A DNA stretch of 64,000 bases from a bacterium (GTDB lineage: Bacteria; UBA8248). The translations under genes and the position numbers were made by a program. Each line of letters starts with the position of its first letter. Position 1 is the stretch's first letter. Under the pieces are notes generated by a model. It saw only the letters and a program-made list of their open reading frames with translations. It did not search any database and had not been told where the DNA came from. Location of the stretch: the NCBI GenBank assembly GCA_965261085.1, contig OZ253442.1, forward strand, positions 480,001 through 544,000. The letters are read 5' to 3'. Below, in pieces: positions 1 to 8,896 of this stretch.

Positions 1-284
1 GCCCCCCACAAGAGGAGCGCGAGCAGAGAACTCGCGACGGCGCACGTGAAGGCCACGCTGCGGCCCAGGCGAAACTTGTCCGCAAGAGCTCCGAACAGGG
101 GCGGAGCGAGCGCGCTCGAGAGGCGGGGCGCCGCGTTCAGCAGGCCGAGCTGAAACCCGCTCACGCCTACGGAATGATAAAAGATGTTCAGGAACGGGAG
201 CATGGCGCCCACGGCGAAAAAATGCAGAAAATAAAACGCGGGCATCCGCCAGAAGGGGATTGCGCCGGGGGCTTGCGCGCTCAT
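1..284 (-). CDS. MFS transporter, N-terminal part (runs off the window edge)
   Basis: Manual translation from ATG 284: MSAQAPGAIPFWRMPAFYFLHFFAVGAMLPFLNIFYHSVGVSGFQLGLLNAAPRLSSALAPPLFGALADKFRLGR; contains the MFS motif A-like GxLADKxG. Not in the ORF track. Confidence 0.8.
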   Translation of the reverse strand, partial: MSAQAPGAIPFWRMPAFYFLHFFAVGAMLPFLNIFYHSVGVSGFQLGLLNAAPRLSSALAPPLFGALADKFRLGRSVAFTCAVASSLLALLLWG

Positions 285-585
285 CGGCGCGCGCGGGGAA
301 AACGGGGCATCCGGGACCTCTTCACCCGGGCGGGAAAGCCCATTCGACCACGATGTGAAAATGATTTCCACCCGAGCGGCGGCTTCCTTCTTCGGCAGGG
401 TTTTGCTATCCTCCTCGCCCGATGGGTTGTTTTGTTCCAAACCAAAAAATCGAACGCGGGGCGGACCGGAATTCGGCGTCCGCACCGGCGAATCCGAAAG
501 CGACGAAAAGCAGGAAAACCCCCATGGGGCGGGGGAAATTCTTCTAACTTCTTCACCTCATGGCAAATCTTGCGGGAGCGAAATC

Positions 586-1614
586 ATGAGCATGAACGAC
601 CTGGCGAAAATCGCCAACCAGATGGTGGCGCCTGGCAAAGGCATCCTCGCGGCGGACGAGAGCACGGGCACGATTCAAAAGCGCCTCGACAGCATCGGCA
701 TCGAATCCACCGAGGAGAACCGGCGCGCCTATCGCGAGCTTCTCTTCACGACGGAGGGAATCGAGGAATACATCAGCGGCGTCATCCTCTTCGACGAAAC
801 GCTGCGCCAGAGCGCGGCGGGCGGAACGAACTTCGGCGCGCTGCTCGCCTCGCGCGGCATCCTCCCCGGCATCAAGGTCGACATGGGCGCCAAGGATCTG
901 GCTTTCGCCCCGGAGGAGAAGGTCACCGAGGGTCTCGACGGCCTGCGCGAGCGGCTGGCGGAATACGCCTCCCTGGGCGCTGCGTTCACCAAATGGCGCG
1001 CCGTCATCTCCATCGGCGAGGGAATCCCCTCGGCGTATTGCATCGAGGCCAACGCGCACGGCCTCGCGCGCTACGCGGCGCTCTCCCAGGAAGCGGGCCT
1101 CGTGCCCATCGTGGAGCCCGAGGTGCTCATGGACGCGGACAACACCATCGAGGTCTGCGAGGAGGTGACGAACGAAACGCTCGAGAGCGTCTTCCACGCC
1201 TTACACCGGCACCGCGTCTCGCTCGAGGGCATGATCCTGAAACCCAACATGGTGATCTCGGGCAAAAAATGCCCGACCCAGGCGGGCGTGCAGGAAGTGG
1301 CCGAAGCCACGGTGCGCTCTCTCACCAGAAACGTGCCCGCCGCCGTGCCCGGCATCTGCTTCCTCTCGGGCGGGCAGAGCGACGCCGTCGCCACCGCGCA
1401 CTTAAATGCGATGAACGCGATGGCCCCCCACCCCTGGGAGCTCAGCTTCTCCTACGGGCGCGCGCTGCAGGCGCCGGCGCTCAAGGGCTGGGGCGGCGAG
1501 GCGGCGAACGTAGCCCTCGCCCAGAGACTCTTCCTCCATCGCTGCAAGTGCAACGGCGCCGCGCGCACAGGAGCGTATGAGGACGCGATGGAAAAAGAAG
1601 CCGCCGCCGCGTAG
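586..1614 (+). CDS. fba: Fructose-bisphosphate aldolase class I (eukaryote-like)
   Basis: GKGILAADES, KWRAV, VPIVEPEV, LKPNMV (Schiff-base Lys), FLSGGQS, FSYGRALQ; start set at MSMND after a GGGAG RBS. Confidence 0.95.
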   Translation: MSMNDLAKIANQMVAPGKGILAADESTGTIQKRLDSIGIESTEENRRAYRELLFTTEGIEEYISGVILFDETLRQSAAGGTNFGALLASRGILPGIKVDMGAKDLAFAPEEKVTEGLDGLRERLAEYASLGAAFTKWRAVISIGEGIPSAYCIEANAHGLARYAALSQEAGLVPIVEPEVLMDADNTIEVCEEVTNETLESVFHALHRHRVSLEGMILKPNMVISGKKCPTQAGVQEVAEATVRSLTRNVPAAVPGICFLSGGQSDAVATAHLNAMNAMAPHPWELSFSYGRALQAPALKGWGGEAANVALAQRLFLHRCKCNGAARTGAYEDAMEKEAAAA

Positions 1615-1652
1615 CCTGGCAAGCGACCGCCCACCAAGGAGCAAGAGAGAGG

Positions 1653-2693
1653 ATGCAGCAGGAAACCACCACCGCCGGCACCACGAAATTCAGGGGAATG
1701 ACGCTCGAGCGCCACATTCGCGAGGAAGAAAGAAACCACCCGGGCGCGCGGGGTCTCTTCACCCGCCTCGTCACGCAGATCACCCTGGCCGCCAAGATCA
1801 TCAACGCCGAAGTCAACAAGGCGGGCCTCGTGGACATCCTCGGGCTGACCGGCGAGGTCAACGTGCAGGGCGAAGAAGTCCAGAAACTCGATGAATACGC
1901 CAACGAGGTGATGAGAAAGGCCCTCGACCACACCGGCTCGGTGGCCGCCCTGGCGAGCGAGGAGATGGAAGAGGTCTATGCCGTCCCCGGCGAATACATC
2001 GAGGGGGGCGAGTACGTGGTGCTCTACGACCCTCTGGACGGCTCCTCGAACATCGACGTGAACGTGAGCATCGGCTCGATTTTCTCCATCCTGCGCCGCA
2101 AGGGCGAGAGCGGCCCCACGGCGCTCGACGACTTCCTCCAGCCGGGCTTGGCGCAGATTTGCTCGGGCTACGTCATCTACGGTTCATCCACCATGCTGGT
2201 CTACACCACCGGCAACGGCGTCGACGGATTCACGCTCGACCCCTCGGTGGGCGAGTTCTTCCTCTCCCATCCCAACATCCAGATTCCCGAACGAGGGAAG
2301 ATTTACAGCATCAACGAGGGCAATTCCTCGAAATGGAACGAATCGACCTCCCGCTACGTCGCATACCTAAAAGAGGAAGACGCCGAATCGGGCCGTCCCT
2401 ATTCGGGGCGCTACATCGGCTCGCTGGTGGCCGATTTCCACAGAAACCTCCTCAAGGGCGGCATCTTCCTCTATCCGGGCGACAAGAAAAAACCCAACGG
2501 CAAGCTGCGCCTCCTTTACGAGTGCAACCCCATATCCTTCATCGCGGAACAAGCCGGCGGAGCAGCGAGCGACGGCTACCGCAGGGTGATGGAAATCCAG
2601 CCCGAAAAGCTGCACCAGCGCATTCCTTTCATCGTCGGAAGCAAGCGCGACGTCGCCGACGCCACCCGCTTCATTTCCAGAGGAGAGGATTAA
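1653..2693 (+). CDS. fbp: Fructose-1,6-bisphosphatase class I
   Basis: NVQGEEVQKLD, SEE, DPLDGSSNID, RYIGSLVADFHR, GKLRLLYECNP. Confidence 0.97.
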   Translation: MQQETTTAGTTKFRGMTLERHIREEERNHPGARGLFTRLVTQITLAAKIINAEVNKAGLVDILGLTGEVNVQGEEVQKLDEYANEVMRKALDHTGSVAALASEEMEEVYAVPGEYIEGGEYVVLYDPLDGSSNIDVNVSIGSIFSILRRKGESGPTALDDFLQPGLAQICSGYVIYGSSTMLVYTTGNGVDGFTLDPSVGEFFLSHPNIQIPERGKIYSINEGNSSKWNESTSRYVAYLKEEDAESGRPYSGRYIGSLVADFHRNLLKGGIFLYPGDKKKPNGKLRLLYECNPISFIAEQAGGAASDGYRRVMEIQPEKLHQRIPFIVGSKRDVADATRFISRGED

Positions 2694-3592
2694 TGCAGAC
2701 CCATCGCTTCGCTTTTTTATTCCTCGTCATCTTTGCGCTCACCGGCTGCGTGGGCATCGAAGACTATGAGCGAAAAACGGATGAAGCAGCGGGCCTCAGG
2801 GGCGAAATCACAAAAACTGAGGACCAGATCAAGGAACTTCACGTCAAGATCGAAGAACTCGAAGGGCGAATCAAACAAAAAGACCTGGAAAACCAGGAGC
2901 TCAGTCAGTCCCTCACCATGGCCAGGCGCCACAGCCAACAGACGGAGACGCGCGTGGCCGACCTGCGCGCGCAGATGAATTCCCAGCAAACGCAGCAAAC
3001 CGAGAGCGCCAAGAAAGCCATACGTTTCGAGCGCGCATACAACGCCGGTATCAAGCGGGTTCGTAAACTGCAGAAAAACCTCGTCGCCATGCATAAGAAA
3101 CTCCTGCGCTTCGAGGACCGGATTCGTTTCCAGATTCAGCTCGAAAAAGACATGAAAGCCCAGTTGGAAAGAGAACGCCGCCGCGGAATCGTGGAGGTGC
3201 GCCGCGCGGGCGACCGGGTCGTGATCAGCATTGCGAGCGCCATCCTCTTCAAGTCGGGAAGCGCCAAAGTCCGCTCCGAAAGCAAGGCCCTGCTCGTTAA
3301 ATTCTCAAGCCTCCTGCGCCGCTACGCGAACCGCGAGGTGCAGGTGCAGGGGCATACCGACAACGTGCAGATATCCGATCGTTTGGCGGAGCGCTGGGAG
3401 ACGAATTGGGAGCTTTCCGCCGCGCGCGCCACGCGGGTGCTGCGCTACTTCGTCGAGGTGGGAAACCTCGAACCGCGCAGGGTCTCGGGGGCGGGAATGG
3501 GCGAGTATCGTCCGGTCGCCGACAACAATACGCGCAATGGCCGTCGGGCGAACCGACGAATCGAAATCGTCATCTTTCCCCCCGATTCCTAA
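2693..3592 (+). CDS. OmpA/MotB-family peptidoglycan-binding lipoprotein with a long coiled coil
   Basis: ATG overlaps the fbp stop (TAATG); lipobox-like ALTGC; C-terminal VQGHTDN, NWELSAARA, NRRIEI. Confidence 0.85.
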   Translation: MQTHRFAFLFLVIFALTGCVGIEDYERKTDEAAGLRGEITKTEDQIKELHVKIEELEGRIKQKDLENQELSQSLTMARRHSQQTETRVADLRAQMNSQQTQQTESAKKAIRFERAYNAGIKRVRKLQKNLVAMHKKLLRFEDRIRFQIQLEKDMKAQLERERRRGIVEVRRAGDRVVISIASAILFKSGSAKVRSESKALLVKFSSLLRRYANREVQVQGHTDNVQISDRLAERWETNWELSAARATRVLRYFVEVGNLEPRRVSGAGMGEYRPVADNNTRNGRRANRRIEIVIFPPDS

Positions 3593-3633
3593 GAGGCGAG
3601 CCTCTCTCGCCGCGACCTGAGAAAGGACTTTTC

Positions 3634-4296
3634 TTGATCCTCGAGCGGATACCCGTCGGCCCGTTTCAGATGAACAGCTACGTCTTGGGCTGTGAAGAGA
3701 CGAAAGAGGGCGCCTACATCGACCCGGGCGCGGAGGTGGAGCGCGTCATCGCGGTCGCGCGCGAACACGGCCTCACCCTCACCAAGATCATCGGCACCCA
3801 TGCGCACCTGGATCACGCCGAGGGCGTCGCCGAAGCGAAGGAAAAGCTCAGGGTTCCCTACTGGCTCCACGAGGCGGAACTCTTCAACCTGCGCAACATG
3901 CCGAACGCGGCGCGCGGCTACGGGTTCCCCGAGCCGCCGGTTCCCGAGGTGGACGCGCACCTCGCGCCGGGCGAGACGATTTCGGTCGGAAACCTGGAAT
4001 TCGAGATCAGGCTCACCGACGGGCACGCCCCCGGCAACGTCACCCTGTACCGGCCGGGGGACGGGACGGAGGCGGGGCACGCCATCGTGGGCGACGCGCT
4101 GTTTGCGGGTTCGATCGGGCGAACCGACCTCTACATGGGTGATGCGAACGTGCTACTCAACAGCATCCGCACGCAACTGCTCACCCTCCCGCCCGAGACC
4201 ATGGTGCACCCGGGCCACGGGCCTGAGACCACCATCGGCCACGAGAAATCCACCAACCCCTTCTGCCGGCCCGGAGCCGAAAAATTTCTGGCTTAA
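3634..4296 (+). CDS. MBL-fold metallo-hydrolase (glyoxalase II-like)
   Basis: THAHLDH, GHAPG, GDALFAGSIGRTD, PGHG; start approximate (TTG). Confidence 0.9.
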   Translation: MILERIPVGPFQMNSYVLGCEETKEGAYIDPGAEVERVIAVAREHGLTLTKIIGTHAHLDHAEGVAEAKEKLRVPYWLHEAELFNLRNMPNAARGYGFPEPPVPEVDAHLAPGETISVGNLEFEIRLTDGHAPGNVTLYRPGDGTEAGHAIVGDALFAGSIGRTDLYMGDANVLLNSIRTQLLTLPPETMVHPGHGPETTIGHEKSTNPFCRPGAEKFLA

Positions 4297-4337
4297 GCCC
4301 GGACGCCCCCCAAGCGCATCCCCATCTCGGAGGCGGG

Positions 4338-4841
4338 GTGAAATTCTGCGTCTCCTGCGGAAGCCCGCTCGTCTATCGCCCCTGGACGGAGGGAGACGAC
4401 ACCATGCAGCTTTGCTGCAGCGCGGCCTCGTGCAACCACGTCCATTTCTTGGACCCCAAGGTGGCGGCGGGCGTCGTGGCGACCATCGGGGGAGAGGCCG
4501 TGCTCGTGCGGCGCGCCCACAACCCCGGCAAGGGACTCTGGACCTTCCCGGGCGGTTTCGTGAACCGGGGCGAAGTGGTCTCCGCCGCCGCCGCGCGCGA
4601 GGCGAAAGAAGAAGCGGGAATCGAGGTGGAAGTGGATTCGCTCCTGGGGGTGTACTCCTTCGAGGGAAACGCCACCGTGCTCATCGTCTACACGGGCGCC
4701 GTAACGTCCGGCTCCCCCCGCGCCCTGTCCGAGACCACCGAAGTCAAGCTCGTCTCGCCCGATGCGATCGACTTTGGTGAACTCGCCTTCGACACCACCC
4801 GCGCCGCCATGCGCGACTGGCAAGCGAGTGTGCGCGGGTAG
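4338..4841 (+). CDS. NUDIX hydrolase with N-terminal zinc ribbon
   Basis: MKFCVSCG...C...C; Nudix box GGFVNRGEVVSAAAAREAKEEAG. Confidence 0.9.
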   Translation: MKFCVSCGSPLVYRPWTEGDDTMQLCCSAASCNHVHFLDPKVAAGVVATIGGEAVLVRRAHNPGKGLWTFPGGFVNRGEVVSAAAAREAKEEAGIEVEVDSLLGVYSFEGNATVLIVYTGAVTSGSPRALSETTEVKLVSPDAIDFGELAFDTTRAAMRDWQASVRG

Positions 4842-4856
4842 GGGCAACAAGCCGTA

Positions 4857-4905
4857 GTAGGGACAAATCCCTTCTCGGGGTCGTCCCACAGGTCGTGACC
4901 TGTCC
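4857..4905. repeat. GTAG-type REP composite, left copy
   Basis: gtagggacaaatcccttctcggggtcgtcccacaggtcgtgacctgtcc; 49-nt direct repeat of 5451-5499 with 5 mismatches. Confidence 0.85.
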
Positions 4906-4941
4906 CCAAAAACCATAGGATGAAAACCAGGATTTTGGAAG

Positions 4942-5454
4942 ATGAAAAACCGACGGCTGAACAGGATGGGGGGATATGATTATTCCCAGGCCGGATGTTA
5001 TTTCGTGACGATTTGCGCACAGGACAGGCAATGTTTGTTCGGCGAAATCATCGACGACAAGATGGTTTTGAACGAGGCGGGCAGGAGAGTTGTCAATTGG
5101 TGGAGGGAAACAGAGAACAAATTTCCCCATGTCGAATTGGATGAATATGTCCTCATGCCGAATCACCTGCATGGCATCGTGATCATTCATGGCGCGTTTC
5201 AGGACAGGTCGCGACCTGTCCCTACGAGAACCACGAAAACCAAATCATTATCTGAATTGATCGGCGCGTTCAAAACCACGTCGTCGAAACAAATACGTGA
5301 AAACGGCTTCGCCTCTTTCAAATGGCAACGATCGTTTCACGACCACATCGTCCGCGATGATGACGATCTCAACCGGGTTCGAGAATATATCCTGAACAAC
5401 CCGCTTCAATGGGCGCTCGATGCGGAAAACCCGGACAATCGGGCAGGGTTGTAG
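4942..5454 (+). mobile_element. REP-associated tyrosine transposase (RAYT, Y1/IS200 superfamily)
   Basis: YDYSQAGCYFVTIC, HUH motif MPNHLHGI, WQRSFHDHIVR, EYILNNP (catalytic Tyr); flanked by GTAG REPs. Confidence 0.92.
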
Positions 5455-5531
5455 GGACGAACCCCTACTCGGGGCCGTCCCACAGGTCGCGACCTGTCCG
5501 AAAAAGGGACAACCACGGGGGGTTGTCCCTA
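5451..5531. repeat. GTAG-type REP cluster, right of the RAYT
   Basis: gtagggacgaacccctactcggggccgtcccacaggtcgcgacctgtcc followed by the hairpin gggacaaccacggggggttgtccctac. Confidence 0.85.
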
Positions 5532-5675
5532 CGTTGTCCTTACCGCTCCCCCCCTATTCTCATCGCGCGGGCGATCGTATAATCCGGCCTCCTGAGAATT
5601 TTCATGTCTTTTAGACCCATGAGGGGCGCGCGCGGCGCGGCCGGGGCCGCCCCTTTTCGCATGAGGAGACGATAG

Positions 5676-6353
5676 ATGACGCTATCTGGTGAAACGCTCG
5701 CAAAGTTGAGAGAAATCGACACGCCCACGGTGTCGAACGCGGTGGAATCCTTCGGCGTGCGCCCGAGGACGCTGGGCCATACCGACGCGAGCATCGAGTG
5801 CATGTTCCCCGATATGGGCGTGGCGCTGGGCTACGCCGTGACGTTCACGACCAGCGAGTACGCCCCGGGCGAGGAGCGCACGCACACATCGCGCATCGCG
5901 CTCTATGAGGCCGTGGCCGCCGCGCCCAAGCCCTGCGTTCTCGTGCAACAGGACGTCGGCCCCAGGCAGCACTCGGCGTGCCTTTGGGGGGAAATCATGT
6001 CGAACCTCTTCTCGCGCCTGGGGGCGGAGGGCGTGGTGACGAACGGGGTGGTGCGCGACCTGGAAGCCATGCGCGAGGCGGGCTTCAAGACCTGGTGCGC
6101 GGGCATGACGGTCTCGCGCGGCGACGTGCGCGTGGTGGCGGTGAACACGCCGGTCGCCGTCGGCGGGATGGCCGTGGTTCCGGGCGATCTGATCCACGCG
6201 GACGGCGGTGGCGCGGTGGTCGTGCCCAAGGAAATCGCGGCGGAGGTTCCCGAAACCGCAGAACGCGTGCTCGCCAAAGAAGCGGGACTCCTCTCCGCCA
6301 TCCGCGCGGATGACTTCAGCCTGGAGGATTTGGTGAAGAGGTTTTATTCGTAG
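5676..6353 (+). CDS. RraA-family / HMG aldolase-like protein
   Basis: DTPTVSNAVE, WGEIM, GVVTNGVVRD, PGDLIHADGGG. Confidence 0.88.
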   Translation: MTLSGETLAKLREIDTPTVSNAVESFGVRPRTLGHTDASIECMFPDMGVALGYAVTFTTSEYAPGEERTHTSRIALYEAVAAAPKPCVLVQQDVGPRQHSACLWGEIMSNLFSRLGAEGVVTNGVVRDLEAMREAGFKTWCAGMTVSRGDVRVVAVNTPVAVGGMAVVPGDLIHADGGGAVVVPKEIAAEVPETAERVLAKEAGLLSAIRADDFSLEDLVKRFYS

Positions 6354-6620
6354 GAGGGGGGGAGGGGCAAACCCATGTGTCCGCGCTCGAGTTTTATTTT
6401 CTGCAACATGTAATAAAAAACGAAAGCGGATTCGTTAAAATTCCTGCGCATCCTAGTGGCTCCCTGCCGAACCATCGTGTAGCCTCCTCCAATGTCCGGC
6501 TCCGATTCCACGATATTCGCCATCCTGATTCCTGAATCGGGGTTTTTGTGGTTCAATAGGACGGCTGGGAGTTTTTGGAGACGAGATAATACATGCAAGA
6601 CTAAATTAGTGAGCAACTCG

Positions 6621-7064
6621 ATGAGACACACACCGCTAAAAGCCCTAGATGGGAGTCTTACAAAGCAGAAGTATGGTGCTGTTAATCATCGAGTGTATGG
6701 TTTTGAACTCGTTCTTGACCTTCACGGGTGTGAAGCCGAGCTTTTCAACAGAGATTATATCGACAAGTTCTTTACTGATCTTTGCGAATTGATTGAAATG
6801 GAAAGGTGCGAAGTCCACTTCTGGGATGACGTAGGTGTTCCCGAGGAAGAACAGCAGACGTTGCCGCACACTAAAGGCACTTCAGCCGTCTGTTTCATTT
6901 TGACGAGTACAATCGTCATTCACACGTTGGATATTCTAGGCGCAGTGTACGTGAATATCTTTTCGTGTAAACCTTTTGAGCCGGATGTAGCGGCGGAATT
7001 CACAAGCAAACGGTTCAAGGCAGCATCCTGCAAAAAGACCTTTATTGAACGCACATTACGATAG
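6621..7064 (+). CDS. S-adenosylmethionine decarboxylase-like proenzyme (pyruvoyl-dependent, short prokaryotic type)
   Basis: YGFELVLDLHGC, GTSAVCFILTSTIVIHT (Ser at the self-cleavage position; T-S instead of E-S), VNIFSCKPF. Start could be 6492 or 6621. Confidence 0.8.
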   Translation: MRHTPLKALDGSLTKQKYGAVNHRVYGFELVLDLHGCEAELFNRDYIDKFFTDLCELIEMERCEVHFWDDVGVPEEEQQTLPHTKGTSAVCFILTSTIVIHTLDILGAVYVNIFSCKPFEPDVAAEFTSKRFKAASCKKTFIERTLR

Positions 7065-8454
7065 GTGGTATGTGGAGAATGAATTGCTTTTAAGAGAACT
7101 GGAACTTGACCTACCAGTAGCACTTGATAGACAGAATGCGCTTACACAAATTCGAGAGGCCATACGATTTCGGTTGCCTACCCACATCGTACCTCTTAGA
7201 TTCGCCATTACGAAATCAGGTGGTAGCCGTGTTAGTTGTGCGATCAGTAGCCTGGAGGCATCGCCTGAATCTGGCGATGCCGCGAACATTTCGATATTAG
7301 AATTTGTTCCGCGCAAGTATGAGAATACGAACCGGTTTAATGTCGTATTTTTGATTCCAACAGGCATAGGTGCCGAAATTGGTGGCCATGCGGGTGATGC
7401 TACGCCGGCCGCACGGTTGATTGCCGAAACTTGCGACACATTGATTTTGCACCCCAATGTTGTCAACGCATCCGACATTAACGAGATGCCAGCTAATTCT
7501 CTGTATGTCGAAGGTAGCGTAATCGCTCGGTTGTTGATGGGCACCATTGGCCTTGTTCCGACACGAGCGAACCGGGTGTTGGTCATTCTTGATGCCCATA
7601 AAGACGAGTTGTTCGTCAACGCCGCTGTCAATGCGGTGAGTGCAGCACGCTCATCTTACGGTCTGGTTAGCCCCGAAGTGATTAAACTTTTCCCACCCGT
7701 GAGGATGAGGGCTGAGTATACCGATTTTGGTACCGCTGCCGGCGAAATTAGCGGTCTTGAGCGTGTTTTTGCAGTGCTAGAAGAACAAGAGGGGGAATAC
7801 GATGCAATTGCTATTTCCTCAGTGATCTCAGTCCCGGAGGAGTTCCACCAAGGATACTTCGATGCCGCAGGAGAGATGGTTAATCCTTGGGGCGGTGTCG
7901 AGGCCATGCTCACCCATGCCGTATCAAGCCGATTCAACGTACCATCGGCACATTCGCCGATGTTCGAGACTCAGGATATTGCGAATCGGGACCCAGGGGT
8001 AGTGGAGCCGCGTATGGCAGCGGAAGCAATTTCCCTCACATTTTTCGAGAGTGTTTTGAAGGGACTTCACAAAAGTCCGCGAATCGTTACCGATTCATCC
8101 CAAGTATCCGATCCCGGTGTCATATCGGCATCTGACGTTTCGTGTTTAGTGATTCCTGACGGTTGTGTAGGTTTACCAACGCTAGCCGCGCTAGAACAGG
8201 GCATCCCGGTAGTAGCTGTGCGGGAAAACAAGAATCTAATGGAGAATGATCTGACCACGCTGCCTTGGCGATCCGACCAACTCCACATTGTTGAGAATTA
8301 TTGGGAGGCAGCAGGTGTACTCTGCGCGATTCGTGGAGGCATTGCGCCTGAGTCCGTTCGGCGGCCACTCTCACACACTCGGGTCACGACACGAAAGTTT
8401 GCCGACACCGAAAGTGAACAACATTCAGCGGAGAGAGCAAAACATTTCGGCTAA
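7045..8454 (+). CDS. DUF3326-domain protein with an N-terminal extension
   Basis: IPTGIGAEIGGHAGDA, ILHPNVVNASD, LYVEGS, VNPWGGVEAMLTH, PSAHSP, PRMAAE, VENYWEAAG match DUF3326 as recalled; the true start may be GTG 7072. Confidence 0.82.
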   Translation: MNAHYDRWYVENELLLRELELDLPVALDRQNALTQIREAIRFRLPTHIVPLRFAITKSGGSRVSCAISSLEASPESGDAANISILEFVPRKYENTNRFNVVFLIPTGIGAEIGGHAGDATPAARLIAETCDTLILHPNVVNASDINEMPANSLYVEGSVIARLLMGTIGLVPTRANRVLVILDAHKDELFVNAAVNAVSAARSSYGLVSPEVIKLFPPVRMRAEYTDFGTAAGEISGLERVFAVLEEQEGEYDAIAISSVISVPEEFHQGYFDAAGEMVNPWGGVEAMLTHAVSSRFNVPSAHSPMFETQDIANRDPGVVEPRMAAEAISLTFFESVLKGLHKSPRIVTDSSQVSDPGVISASDVSCLVIPDGCVGLPTLAALEQGIPVVAVRENKNLMENDLTTLPWRSDQLHIVENYWEAAGVLCAIRGGIAPESVRRPLSHTRVTTRKFADTESEQHSAERAKHFG

Positions 8455-8605
8455 AAAGTTGTACCAACATTACTCACTATCGAACTAAGCATACTCTTTT
8501 ATCAAGACTTACGCTTTAAATCTTAATAACGAATTTCCTTATTAAGCGTTTTCGCAACAAGGTTTACCCCCCCCCAATACCGCTCCGGCACGAAGGTCTG
8601 CTCGT

Positions 8606-8720
8606 TCACGGACGGGCATTGTAGAGGTTGGTGAGGCTATGAGCATTGAGTTCTCTCGCCGCCGTCCCGCCACGCGTGACCGAGCGTCCAGCCGGGTGTT
8701 GCAGGATAGGTAAGACATGA
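8606..8720 (-). pseudogene. Decayed C-terminal fragment resembling an MmeI-like (type IIG/IIL) restriction-methyltransferase
   Basis: Manual translation ...TAARELNAHSLTNLYNARP* resembles the recalled LKKRTLTNLYNARPxWL tail of this family. Confidence 0.5.
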
Positions 8721-8896
8721 TCCACCCTGGTTTTGCTCACAACTGTCTGTCAATTCCGCGGGTTAAGCGGCGTCCGAGTTGAGATATCCTTGACTTTCAA
8801 GCAACATTGTTCCAAAAGGGCGTCTGGCAAAGTGGCTTGGATTATCCGGGACAGATCGGCTCGAAACTGACATAAAGAAAGGGTGGAGTTGCGCGA

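Noticed and set aside
174-1580. Long alternative-frame and antisense ORFs (e.g. 174..1580, 33547..34848, 43612..45207, 62552..63883)
   Set aside because: Arg/Gly/Pro-rich shadows of well-supported genes, expected in high-GC DNA.
4857-5531. Repeats as a CRISPR array
   Set aside because: No regular repeat-spacer period and no cas genes; they are GTAG REPs beside a RAYT.
6344-6631. Minus-strand 95-aa ORF at the island's left edge
   Set aside because: No recognisable motif; it overlaps the probable promoter region of the decarboxylase.
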